Assembly (NCBI GenBank): GCA_037447605.1
Contig: CM074821.1
Location: 1,736,001-1,800,000 of the forward strand
Source of the DNA: Zygnema circumcarinatum SAG 698-1b
Lineage: Eukaryota; Plantae; Zygnematophyceae
Direction of reading: 5' to 3'
Length of the DNA stretch: 64,000 nt
Position 1 is the stretch's first letter, and the number at the start of each line of letters is the position of its first letter. Below are positions 1 through 19,503 of this stretch, one piece after another. The notes below the pieces were generated by a model that saw nothing but the letters and a program-made list of their open reading frames with translations, was not told the origin of the DNA and made no database searches. The position numbers and the translations under genes were made by a program.

Positions 1-235
1 AACACCACAACCTTGAACCTCAAAACCCTCAACCCTGAAGGCTAGAACCCAACCCCTTCAACCCTGGACCCAACTCCTAAGCCCTAAACCCGAACCTCTT
101 TCTGATTTGACCTTGAGCCTTAAACCCCGAACCCTAAACCCCGGCTCCTCTGTCCACGCGCCCCGCCACAAAAACCTCAACCCTAAACCCTGAACCCTAA
201 ACCCTAAACCCTAACCCCTTCCCCACCTCAACACC
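1..235. repeat. Degenerate plant telomere-like (CCCTAAA) repeats, in the first intron of the left-edge gene
   Basis: Repeated AACCCTAAA/AACCCTGAA units, e.g. ccctaaaccctgaaccctaaaccctaaaccctaaccc at 181-220. Confidence 0.8.
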
Positions 236-295
236 CTTGGTGGTCAATTTTTATAATTTTGCAAAGCCCACATTTTGCGGTTTATACATACATAC

Positions 296-401
296 CCTGT
301 GCGCTGATCCGACCCGCGTGGTTTCTAGTTCGCACGTGCGGACTGCCCTGAACCCTAATTCCCAGAAAGGATGGGCCCGCAAGAGCGCCCATGGCCGCCA
401 T
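296..401 (-). CDS. First coding exon of a gene running off the left edge; encodes a chloroplast-transit-peptide-like N-terminus
   Basis: ATG at 401 reads MAAMGALAGPSFLGIRVQGSPHVRTRNHAGRISAQ(G) (Ala/Ser/Arg-rich, no acidic residues), then a good donor CAGG|GTATGT at 295. Product not identifiable. Confidence 0.55.
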
Positions 402-477
402 GGCCCGCTTTGGATATCGTAGGGACCCGTCGTTGGATGCGCATGTTTTAAAACCGTTCGATGCAAAACAGGTTTTC

Positions 478-843
478 ATCTAACGGTCAGTACACGCCCT
501 CCGTATGTGCTGAATGAATCCGACGGTGGGTGTGAAGCCAACAGAAGATGTCAAAATCCAACGGCTCATGTGGGCCTTCCTTCAGCAACATGCCATATCT
601 AACGGCTCTCGTGGAACCACTCATTCCTGCGGAATCCAACGGTAGCTATGCGCCATCACGAATTGTGAAATCCAACGGCTCCGATTGAGTGCAAGTATAA
701 GTGTCACATCTAACGGCCTCTGTGCTACTTGGATTTCCGCAGGATCCAATGGCTCCTGCATGCCCTGCAGGACCTGCACGGAAGAGCTCTTCGAAGCCGT
801 TGGATGATTACCGTTAAGGAGGACGTGATGAGAGCCGTCGGAT
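478..843. promoter_or_regulatory. Array of MSA-like ATCYAACGGY motifs at ~38-bp spacing, upstream of the left-edge gene
   Basis: Forward copies start at 478, 518, 556, 597, 634, 670, 708, 744; inverted copies at 795-805 and 833-843. The core resembles the MSA consensus YCYAACGGYY bound by 3R-MYB factors. Function is inferred. Confidence 0.55.
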
Positions 844-1484
844 GCCGTGGGCAGCATTAACCGTCCGATGCGGATGCATTTCTCATACGGATATCCCAAG
901 CATTTTTCGCCATTTTCCTTCGTTTTTTTTTTTTCGTTTCCAACTGCGGCGTGACTGAACTAGCATCTGGACATGCCACACATTGACATTTTTTTTGTGA
1001 TGCATTTTTTCCTATGAAGCCTTCACACTCCTCTTTCACCAACCCTTCTAGAGACTGCATCAAGAAGCTTCACTTTTGTACCAGTAACTATTTGGTTTGC
1101 AAAACAAATCAATGCCAAATGGCAAACCACCCACAATCGCTAGACAGCATTAAGAGCAGAGACACCTCCCAACCAATATACTCGCCAGTATTCCCTTTAC
1201 CAGAACATACATATCGAAAGTTGGCACCTCTGTTTGTCGCCAGCAATCAAACTAGTCATGAACTGGAGTCATCTGTCTCTGAATCCGCACCTTTGAGTAC
1301 GCTGTGAACGAACTTCTCCCTCTCCCTCCCTCTCCCTCCCTCTCCCTCCCTCTTAACTTACATCGAACAACACGCCACTGTTGGCATCACTACATTTACA
1401 TTTATTATAGATAACATACGTCCCTCCATATTTCGTCCCATTTTGTTTGAAACCTCCCTATAGTCAACAACAAGGAGAGGAACC

Positions 1485-2919
1485 TCAATGCATGAATCCG
1501 AAAAAGCCTCCTCCCTTGTGGTCCTTGTGGCCATGGCCTTCCTTCGCCATCTCCTCATACATCTGCTTGAGCAGCATGGTGATGCCGGAGAAGGAGGGCC
1601 GCTTGGAGGGGTCTTGGGCCCACGAGGAGGAGATCAGAGAGACCAGATTTGGGCTCATTCCATGTGGCAGTTTGGGCCTCAGTGAACCGTCCGCGACTCC
1701 AACGGCCATCTGCACTCCCACCATTTAACCAACAGAGAGGGAGGGAGGGGAGGGAGGGAGAGAGGGAGGGAGGGGAGGGAGGGAGAGGGGGAGGGAGGGG
1801 AGGGAGAGAGAGAGGGAGGGAGGGGAGGGAGAGAGAGAGAGGGAGGGAGAGGAGGGNNNNNNNNNNGAGAGAGAGAGAGGGAGGGAGAGGAGGGAGAGAG
1901 AAAGGGAGGGAGGGGAGGGAGAGAGAGAGGGAGGGAGAGGAGGGAGAGAGGAGGGAGGGGAGGGAGAGAGAGTGGGAGGGACGGGAGGGAGAGAGAGAGG
2001 GAGGGAGGGGAGGGAGAGAGAGAGTAAATAGTTGCTGCCAGCTACAGTTGGAGGAAAAACTAAAAGCACAGAGGGATATCCAAAGGAGCACCTCTCTGCC
2101 AGAAACCCTAAAAGCTGTACGGCCCTAAAGAGAAGCGCACCTGCATTGGCGTCAGGAACGTTTCTATGTACGGAGGGTTTCCCGTCATCAGTTCGCACAA
2201 CATGATGCCATAGCTGCACCAATTTCCGCATTCCAACAATAATACGTTAAAAAAAAGAGAAAAATGGAAGAGAGACACGTTCAAGAGCATGCTGCGGGAT
2301 CAAAGCAAAAAAAAAAAAAGGAGCTTTTGAGAACTGAATTCGACGCTACTGTTGAAAGAGAAAGCAGAAGTTTTAAATTCATTTAAACTGAAATTACAGT
2401 AGTGCAGAGGAGTACATGAAGCAAATGCCCATATACACGCAAGACTAAGACATGGAAACAGGCATTGATGAGAACCAACTCAACCTTAAAAAACCCTAAC
2501 CCTAACCCTAAAAGCTCAAACAAACCCAATAAACCCACGATTTGAACAGCACCTGTAGATGTCACACTTTTCGGAATAGTGCTCGTGCTTCACCACTTCA
2601 GGGGCCATATACATGTAAGTGCCTGAAAAAAGAAAACGATTAAGAAATGGGTTGGATAAGGTGATAGAATAATATATACTTGCACTAGAAGTCCTCGTTT
2701 CTGAAAATGACGTTTTGTTGAAATAGAAAAAAGTAAAAAAATCCTCTAGAAACCTTTGCAAACCTTTCAACTTCCACGGCTCTAAAGTCCTTAAGGGATG
2801 GACCTCCCTAGACATAGAGAGAAGAAGAGATGATAAGAGACGACGAGGGAAGGAAGAGAGCAAGGTAAAGAGACAGAAGGAGAGGAAACAGATCGAGGGG
2901 AGTGGGCGAGAGAGAATGG

Positions 2920-2950
<31 letters not shown>

Positions 2951-3725
2951 GGAGAGAGAGAGAGAGGGGGAGAGAGAGAGGGAGAGAGAGAGAGGGAGAG
3001 AGAGAGGGACGAGAGAGGGAGAGAGAGGGAGAGAGAGAGGGAGAGAGAGAGAGAGGGTGAGAGAGAGGGAGGCAGAGAGAGAGAGGGAGAGAGAGAGGGA
3101 GAGAGAGAGGGAGAGAGAGAGGGGCGAGAGAGGGAGAGGGAGAGGGAGAGAGAGAGGGAGAGAGAGAGAGGGAGAGAGAGAGAGAGGGAGAGAACCTGTT
3201 TCCCCTGTCATTGCGGCTTCCTTTCCCTCTAGAAAGCGGGCCGATCCAAAGTCCGCTACGCGCACATGGAAGCTGCCGTCGAGGAAGACATTGCTCGGCT
3301 TCAGATCGCGGTGAACGACCATCGGCGACTGCTCGTGGAGATGCTGCATACAGGGTTTTTTCCGGCGGGATAAAAACAGAAAAAGCAAAGAGAGAGAGAG
3401 AGGGAGAGAGGGAGAGAGAGAGAGAGAGGGAGGGGGAGAGAAGAGAGAGAGGCACGGAAAAATAATTTGAATTGTGTCGCAGAAAGTTCAATACGAGACA
3501 TTTCGCATGGACCCTCGACCCTGTAAACTATGGCCTATGGACCCTGAGAAAGCATTGTAAGATTCGCTTCTCCCTCTCCCTCTCTCGCCTATTCGTCCTT
3601 CCCCTCACTCTCTCTCTCTCTCGCTCTCTCTGCCCTTGTGTCTCTTGTACACTAAGGAGGCAATTTTAGATTCTCTTCTCCTCTCGCTCTCCACGTCTCT
3701 CCCTCTCACCCTCCCTCCCTTGCTC

Positions 3726-3786
<61 letters not shown>

Positions 3787-4447
3787 GCCCTTGTATCTTT
3801 CCTCCTTACCTGCATTGCCTGCGAGACTTCCAGCGCCATCCTTATCCTCTCTTTGAGCGGCGGCAGCGGCGTTTTCCGTTGCCACGAACGGCTCTTGTCT
3901 CCATGGAGCCATTCCGTTAGGGTTGCGTTCGGCAGCAGTTCCGTTACAATCCAACACTTGTCGGGGTAACATAGGGACGCTCCCAGCAGACGGATCACAA
4001 AGGGGTGCCTTTGACGGGACAACAGCTCCGCCTCTTGAATGAAAGATTTCAGCCCCGCCTGCATAAAACTAGCAGATTTCTATACCATCAATAAAATGTA
4101 AAATGGAATGCAGGTTTTCAGGTGGTCTTTCAGCATGTACAGGGTTGACGATGGAAAAGCTAATTTTGTCAGAGGGAAAGATGGAAAAGTGACAAAGAAT
4201 AAGGGAGGGAGAACTCACGGGATCGCTTTTGAAATATGAGGGTCGGAGACATTTTACCGCCACATCAAGACCATGCCACGTGGCCAAATAGATATCCGCA
4301 GTGGCTCCGGATCCAATTTTTTTCCCTAAAGAGAGCTGTTTGCAGAAAACTGAGAATTAGGGTTCGAGCCCGATGTTGCCAAACAGAAAGCAGATTGAAG
4401 ATCCCAAGAGAAATATCTAGTGGCTGCTCTCTCCCTCTCCAACTCTT

Positions 4448-4482
<35 letters not shown>

Positions 4483-5458
4483 ATCCCTCTCTCTAGCCCA
4501 TCCGCCTCCGCACCTCATCCGCCGCCACCAGCCACCCGCACTCCCTCGCCCTCAACTCCAACGCCGCCAGCTGTGGGAGAAACCTCTCTGAACCCCCTTC
4601 CTCTCCCTCTCCCTCTCCCTCCCCTCCCTCTCCCTCCCCCCCTCTCTTCCCGTGCTTCTCCTCCATGGCGAAGGAGTCCTGCAGGTCCACCCCCCCCAGG
4701 TCCTCCGCCCCCATGTGCTTCTGCGCGGCCACTTCGCGCACACGCTTGAGAGTGCTGCCAAGCCATTGGCTGTGCTTCTGGAAGGCATCGCGCTCGGCAG
4801 AGACCTCCATCACCTGGGGGAGGGAGGGAGGGAGGGAGGGAGGGAGGGAGGGAGGGAGAAATTTCAAGGGCTCAATCCTCCTAAAATTTTAAACAATGTC
4901 GCCATCCTGATCCCTAACCCTAACCCTAAAACCAGAACCCTAACCGTAAATCCTGCAATGCAGGATGCAGCATCCTGCATCCTGAGCTTCAAACCCTAAC
5001 CCTAACGCTATACCATGAACCATCATCCCTTAACCCCAAACGCTCAACCATCACCCTCAACTCTAAAGCCCCATTCTCTCAATCCAAACCCTAAACCCTA
5101 AAACCTGAACCCTAGGCCCTGACGCCGGCACTGACCTGCAGGCTGAGGCGCTTGATCTCCGCCTCCAACTGCTCATTTCCAATTTCCAGCGCCTCCACAT
5201 CGTCCGCATACACTTCCCCCTCCTGTCCGCTAAAACTAATAATATTAATATTAATATTAAATGTATAAACGTATAAATAAAAGGAGAAGAAGCAGAGTAA
5301 AGCATGTTGCTTTTGAAATGCAGCATCTTTACAAAGATCTGCAGCGCTTCGCTTTGTCTTTCGAAGTGTACCTTTTTGAGCAAAATGTCGCTGACTTGCT
5401 CCGTCGAAAGCGCTTTAAGTCTTTTTTCCACCTCCCCAACGTCTCTGCTTTCCGCCAT
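1485..5458 (-). CDS. Raf-like (STY-type) Ser/Thr/Tyr protein kinase with N-terminal coiled coil, ~464 aa, 9 exons
   Basis: Exons 5458-5333, 5222-5136, 4813-4514, 4335-4219, 4058-3810, 3343-3196, 2622-2553, 2213-2141, 1709-1485; all GT-AG, phases consistent. Motifs: GKKIGSGATADIY, DVAVK, HRDLKPSN, DFG, TGETGTYMYMAPE, RPSF. Confidence 0.92.
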
Positions 5459-6358
5459 TCTTCTTTTTCCCTCTATTAACTAATTTTATTTTTAATTCTT
5501 CTTTCTCGCGCCCCTTCCCCCGCACAAAGAAAAACAGCCTGCTTCTTTCAGCCCCTGTCTCTTTGAAACTCAGTTCTGCTTCCAGTTCCGTTCCGTTCGC
5601 ATAGAAACTCGCATAACAGCGAACTGCGAACCCTAGCGTTGGACACAGAACGGCCCTTGGAATGTGCGGGTGCTTTAGTTGTTGAAGGTCAGAAACTGAA
5701 CAGTGAAAATGGCGAGTAAGCAGTCACAACTGACCTCGGACATGGATGGGGGGTTGTACGGGTTTGCGTTCTATGTTGGGTGTAAGCTTGAAGTTGCCAG
5801 TCTTAAAGTCTTAAAGTCTTGCCCCTTCCTTCGCGTGCCGCGCCACATATTGGCGACCTTCGCGGCTACTTCTAGTGCCGTGTTGTTGAGCCTAGGAGTA
5901 GACATCCGTTTTGAAGCTTTTTCAATGTCCTTTCGTCCTTTGTGACCGCTCCTTTTGGTTCCCGATGTTGATTTCCTTCATGTACGTTTGATGGCTTTGC
6001 CATCGTGAGTTCAATATACCATTCTCTTTTCCTTCCCTTGATGTAAAAAAAAAGCACCTTTGTGTTTTCTTTGTACGGTACCAACATTGTTTGCATTGTT
6101 TGTATGGTGGACACAACTCCCTGATGTGGAAGAAAAAATCAATTACCGTTAAAATTTGAACAGGTTGCGAAATTGAACAATTTTCTTTTTCTCAATGTTC
6201 AACTCAGTTCAGTAGGGTAAAAAAATGCACAGTAGAGGTCGGAATTTTTGAATAGAACCCCTCGCGGGGAGAGAGTTAAACTACGGGGAGCCTCGTTGAA
6301 GCCGGTCTCATTTGAGAGGTCCTGCGAAGGATTCCAGGACCACTCAAGTACCTGTACT

Positions 6359-6360
<2 letters not shown>

Positions 6361-6430
<70 letters not shown>

Positions 6431-7270
6431 TCCCTCTCCCTCTCCCTCTCCCTCTCCCTCTCCCCTCCCTCTCCCTCTCCCTCTCCCTCTCCCTCTCCCT
6501 CTCCCTCTCCCTCTCCCTCCCTCTCCTCTCCCTCTCTCTCTCCCTCTCCCTCCCTCTCCCTCTCCCTCCCCTCTCCCTCTCCCTCTCCCTCTCCCTCTCC
6601 CTCCCTCTCCCTCTCCTCTCCCTCTCCCTCTCCCTCCCTCTCCCTCTCCCTCTCCCTCTCCACTCTCCCTCTCCCTCTCCCTCTCCTCTCCCTCTCCCTC
6701 TCCCTCTCCTCCTCTCCTCTCCTCTCCTCTCCTCTCCTCTCCCCTCCTCCCTCCCTCTCCCTCTCCCTCCCTCTCCCTCTCCCTCTCCCTCTCCCTCTCC
6801 CTCTCCCTCCCTCCCCTCTCCCTCTTCCTCTCTCTCTCTCTCTCTCCCTCTCCCTCTCCCTCTCCCTCTCCTCTCCCTCTCCCTCTCCCTCTCCCTCTCC
6901 CTCTCCCTCTCCCTCTCCCTCTCCCTCTCCCTCTCCTCCCCCTCTCCCTCTCCTCTCCCTCTCTCCCTCTCCTCTCTCCCTCTCCCTCTCCCTCTCCTCT
7001 CCCTCTCCCTCTCCCTCTCCTCTCTCCTCTCCCTCGCCCTCTCCCTCTCCTCTCCCTCTCCCTCTCCCTCTCCCTCTCCTCTCCTCTCCCTCTCCTCTCC
7101 CTCTCCTCTCCCTCTCCTCTCCTCCTCCTCCTCTCCTCTCCTCTCCTCCTCTCCTCCTCTCCCTCTCCCTCTCCTCTCCCTCTCCCTCCCTCCCCTCTCC
7201 TCTTCCTCTCCCTCTCTTCCCCTTCTCTCTCTCTCCCCCCTCTCCCTCTCCCACTCCCTCTCCCCTCTCT
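6361..7270. repeat. ~900-bp almost pure polypyrimidine (CT/CTC/CTCC) tract
   Basis: Continuous C/T sequence with very few purines, lying between the coiled-coil gene 3' end and the kinase promoter. Confidence 0.95.
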
Positions 7271-7718
7271 TTCACACACACGCATACGGCAGTCTCCGTT
7301 CAGCTCAGTTCACCACAGAACGACATACATGAGTTGGACAATGTAACCTGAAAGAGCGAATGGCAGTCGATGAAATGTACCCCCTCAGTTCATCAACACA
7401 ATTGAAAAAATAAATATTAACCTCTACTCCCTGTTCCGTTCCCTCCCCTTCCCCTCAGAAGAAAATAAAAAAATATAATAGGGCACCTCCAAATCCGACA
7501 AAACTTAAAGCTCGTTTGAAAAGACCTCCCTCATCCCGTTCACTCCTCCCCTCCCTCCCTTCCTCTCTCCTTCACACTTCCAAAAGCTTTTCACAGCCTG
7601 CAGATGATTCCAAGACGGACTTCCTGTGACTAAATCCGTTGACAAAAAGTTCAATCGCCTGCTTTACACCCGCCTTTCAGTCCCTCTCTCTCACTCACTC
7701 TCTCTTCCTCCCCCCCCA

Positions 7719-14919
<7,201 letters not shown>

Positions 14920-15259
14920 CTCCTCAGCCTGCCCAGCCTTCTTCTCTCAACTTGTTCAAAAGCTCCCCTAAAGAATAAGGTTCAGTTCTCTCTTTTTTTT
15001 TCTTAAAGAAGAAAATATATCTATATCGAAAAATGGCTTTCCTCTACTAAATAAATAGATAAGCAGATCTCAGCACAGATCCACTACCGTACAAATGCAG
15101 CATTTGGAGCCGAATGTAAGAAATGTAAGAAATATTCTCTCCAACAAGTGAAGTTGGGGACTGTCGGTAGTGAGCAGTTTCCCGCTCCGAAGACCACTCA
15201 CACCTTGCCCAGAGACCAAATTTTCTTTCTCCATTTTTTTGCGAAATACAGTAGAGTCG

Positions 15260-15350
15260 ATGGTTGAGAAACATTGGCCGTCCAACCATTGCCATCCAAT
15301 GGTTGGCCAATGGTTGGCCAATTGGTTGGCGATCCAATGGTCCGACAATG
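15260..15350. repeat. CCAATGGTTGG-based repeat patch, homologous (inverted) to 28509-28565
   Basis: Reverse complement of ccgtccaaccattgccatccaatggttgg...gatccaatggtccga aligns with tcggaccagtggatcggcaaccattggacaaccattggatggcaatggttggacg at 28509. Confidence 0.75.
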
Positions 15351-16368
15351 GTGCAAGATTTCAATAAACCATTCAAGTGCCAGTTTGTAAATTTATGACG
15401 ATCTAATGACGTCATTGAAAACTTGACGTCCCCGGTTTCTGCCCGTCTTGCCTTCCCAAAGTGTGATCCTCGTACCAGCTTTGGCAGTTCGAAGTTCGAA
15501 CTAAATAGGGGTTAGACCAGTCGATACGGACCGTCCAGGTCTTCCGTAACATGCGGAGAGCCGTCCGATCGACCTTCCTTTTGGGCCCCCCAGGGGGTTT
15601 TAGGGAAAGCCTCTCCCAATCGTGGTCCTTTTCCTGCCCTCCTCCAGCAAGGTGAGCAGCCATGGTGGTCTTTGGGCGGGTCTGCATAGAGGCTAGTGTA
15701 TCCTGATGGGCATGGTTGATCACGTATTGACATCTACACTTTTTTTCCTACGTATCGAGATCTGATTTAGTTATGATTTACAGTGTACCCTCAATGGAAA
15801 CCCACCATATGGCGGATGTTTTTGGGACGAGAAATGTGAATCATAACAGCAGTTTTTGTGGTTATGAGGCGTGTTATTGTTTGAATGATTACTGAAGAGT
15901 TTTTTTTTCTCATTACATGTACCTTTAGGTATTTAGGGTTTCACGTAATTTTAGGGTTGTGAATTTCTTGATTCTTTGTTAGGTTTTCGAAATGTTAGCT
16001 GGATGCAGAGTGCGTACGTCTTTGATGTAGGTTTTGAAACGATGTTAGGCCTGCGGATTTTATGAACTTCCAGAAGGATTCTTGAATCTTAGTAAGGCAT
16101 GTAATGCGTAGAAGTACTGAAACCGTTCATTTTTTCTCTCATTTCCGGTCTGTTATGCGATAATTGAGAAGGGAATGCCTCAGTTCAGCTCATGATTCTA
16201 TGTTCCTCAAGGAATTGCTTCTGTTCCGTTCAGTAATGCCATATGTCACATGGAATCCCTGCAGTTCCGCCCAGCAGTGATGCTATTGCTAACGAGTAAT
16301 TCCCTCATTGCTTTGCCCTTCGGAGAGAGCGCGTCTTTGTCTGCAGGCGGCTTGCGAGCGGGAGCAAG

Positions 16369-19300
16369 ATGAGCTCGCAGGGCGGCAGCGTGGTGCCCGA
16401 GTCCATTCTGAAGAAGCGCAAGCGCGACGAGCAGTGGGCCCAGGCCCGCACGGAGCAGCTCAAGGCCGCCAAGAGCAAGGCCCGGGAGGGCCGCAGGACC
16501 ATCTTCAAGAGGGCTGAGCAGTACATCAAGGAGTACCGCCAGCAGGTGAATATCAGTTACTTCATATGTACGCTATTCTATGTACAGTATTCTATGTCTA
16601 TAGTATGTATACTCTCTCTCCCTCTCTCTTTCTCTCTCTCTCTCCCCGTATAGTAAGAGGTATGTGTATCGTCGTTCTATGCCTGCATGAGGTTTTCAGC
16701 ATGATTTAACATCCGTATTTCTGCCCAAGCTCGGAGGGGCGGTCCCTGGAGCGTAACTCTGTATATAGCATATACTATGTGTTGTATATATACTCCCTCT
16801 CTGTCTTTCTCTCTCTCTCTATCGGTTTAGTAAACGGTCGAGATAATGAGTAAGGAGAGAGTAGCCGAACATCATATTGGAGACTTCTGGAGACAGTTAT
16901 TGTATTAGACTGTACGCTATATATGACTTTACATCATACATCTGTTATCCTGTCCAATATAACTACATTAGTATCAGCATTGTAGTGGCGAGCAGAGCAC
17001 CGCCGTAGTTAGAGTGAAAGTAGCGTAATAGCTGAGAATAGTACAGTATTGTAAATAGTAGCATAAGGATTTTTATCGTGTGATACTGTTATGTCTATGC
17101 AGTCATTTCGGGCAATGGTGGAGTCCCACATTTGGATGAAACTCCTGAGAGAGAAATAAAAGTGCTCGATTGATGCTGCTCTGATATGGCAACAAGGCGA
17201 CCTCGTTGCATGCCATTCTAGCCGACTAGTTGACTATTTTTCATGTAGTTTGTAGACTACGCCATATACCATATACTGTCACCTTTTAGGTTTTATTAAT
17301 AGAGTATAATCCATAACAGCCGTTAAGTTCTAGAAGTACGAATCTGAAGGAAGGCATCAGAAGATGCTCGACTGTAGCGCTCAGCCACAGCGGGTGAGAG
17401 GAAGAGAGAGATGAATAGTATCTCGCGCTGACTCATAGATCGAGAGTGATGCAGTGTTACATGCTGAGTCAGGGGAGAGGTAAATTGTGAAGGGCAGAGG
17501 CACATGTTCCCTATTCGTAGACTTTGAGAGTGTTTAGTTCTACACGGTTCCCCCCCCCCTCAAAAGTCACATGGTTCGGGAAGTGAGTGGAAGACGAAGA
17601 GGGGGGTCGTAGACGTTTCTTTTCCTAAAGAAAGCGTGTCTGTATGCATCACGAAAGCACATTCTCACATGTTGGGACAAGTGCCGTCCTTTTAAAGGTT
17701 TTTTTTTTTTGCGATGGTTTCCAGGAATCAGACCTTATCCGCATCAAGCGGGAGGCGAAATTGAACGGAGGGTTCTATGTGGAGCCAGAGGCAAAACTCT
17801 TGTTTGTGATTAGGATCAGAGGGTAAGCAGCAGGCTCTCTAAAAGATGATATATCTTCTAGCTTTGTAGTGTTTCAATAAGTGATGTCATAATAATACGG
17901 TGAGTTAAGGCAAGTGAGAGCTATCTTCGTTTGCTTCGTTTGCTTCGTTTGCTTCAGTGTGCTTATGGCACTGGCTCTAACTGTACCATTCCTTCTTTGT
18001 TTCCTCCTTGCTTTCAGAAGCATCGATGTAGATATCTGCATATGGCTGCCCCATTCCTTAAATTGGGGTTTTTGCACTTTATATTGCGATCAAGTGCTAT
18101 ATTGAACTCTTCTCTATTGTTATTGCTGGATGCAGTATCAACGACTTGCATCCGAAGACGAGGAAGATTTTGCAGCTTCTTCGCCTTAGGCAGGTAGAGC
18201 TCTGCCCAGCGTGGAGTGGAGAGATATGTTGTTTGACCTTATGTTGGGAAAGTGATGTTCAAGCTGGAGAATTTTGAGAAATGGTTCTTTAAACTCTTTT
18301 AACAAACGAGTCAGTACATTTCCTGATGACCCACAAGTTAACAATAGACGAGTTGATATTTTTGACTGAATAGTTATGAAACAGGTTGGATTGCCTCATC
18401 TTAAGGTCTTGAAAAATAGTCTTTGCCATGGATACTGATGCGGAATAAATCCAGCGAGTATCAAGGAAGCTCAATGGGTACATTTGAACAGGAATTTTAA
18501 TGTTTTTCCTTCTCAACTCATGTTTGCGCTTGTGTTTATGTGCAAGTAGATCTTCAATGGAGTGTTCATGAAGGTGAACAAGGCCACTCTCAACATGTTG
18601 CACAAGGTGGAGCCTTATGTGACCTACGGGTGAGTCTACAAGCACCAGGGGCTGTTGAGTAAAAATGGATAAAGAATCAAGCAATACGCATAGCAGCAGG
18701 AAGTAAGTGCACGTCGCTTTGTTTCTCTTTGTGGTGGCCTTGTTTTATATGACAAATGTGCTTTAGTGAGCTTTTACATTGTCTTATCTGGATTCTTCTC
18801 TCAAGTCATGTTTGTTCACTTGCGAGAAGTAGTAAGCTTGCAAGGTAGGGTGTGTAGAGTTGCTAAGCAAGTTGTATTTTATCTGATGGTCATATGCCAT
18901 TCCGTGGACTCCAGATATCCCAACATGAAGAGCATCAAGGAGTTGATATACAAGCGCGGTTATGGCAAAGTGGAGAAGTCACGCATTGCTCTCACAGACA
19001 ACTCCGTCATTGAGAAGGTGAGAACATCTGCGAATCCTGCTGGGTTGCTTGGGCTCCTTACTCCTCCCTTAGAATGTAGAAAGCATTGTTACCAGGGCTG
19101 ATAGAGGCCAAGAATCGCTATGGTGAATCGTCTCAAGCATGTTGTTCTGGGGGGGAAACTACAATGGGGAGGGGATGTGCAGTGGCAGAGAGACGGCAAA
19201 AGAGTGGGCAGGCAGAGACAGAGGGCATTTACGTAGGCAATTTCGTCCTTGGCTTGATGCTCTTGCATGGGCCATGGATGGGGACAGGCTCTGGGCAAGT

Positions 19301-19503
19301 TCGGCATCATCTGCATAGAGGACCTTATTCACGAGATCCATTCCGTGGGGCCCCACTTCAAGGAGGCCAACAACTTCCTTTGGCCCTTCAAGCTGAGCGC
19401 TCCCAAGGGTGGCCTCGTTATGAAGCGCCGCCACTTTATCGAGGGTGGGGATTCCGGAAACCGTGAGCTTAAGGTCAATGCCCTTATTCGCCGGATGAAC
19501 TAA
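16369..19503 (+). CDS. RPL7: 60S ribosomal protein L7 (uL30), 243 aa, 6 exons
   Basis: Exons 16369-16545, 17725-17822, 18136-18193, 18550-18629, 18915-19017, 19288-19503. Motifs: [68 protein letters not shown]. Confidence 0.97.

Noticed and set aside
478-843. CRISPR array interpretation of the repeat-spacer pattern (also 28608-28760)
   Set aside because: Eukaryotic context, no cas genes, an 11-bp repeat far below CRISPR size; in the second case the spacers are identical.
5703-6116. Short ORFs upstream of the kinase
   Set aside because: No motifs, splice partners or coding-like codon pattern.
15412-15733. 103-aa minus-strand ORF as the first coding exon of the coiled-coil gene
   Set aside because: All three frames from the acceptor at 14968 hit stops before joining the main ORF; no recognisable motif.
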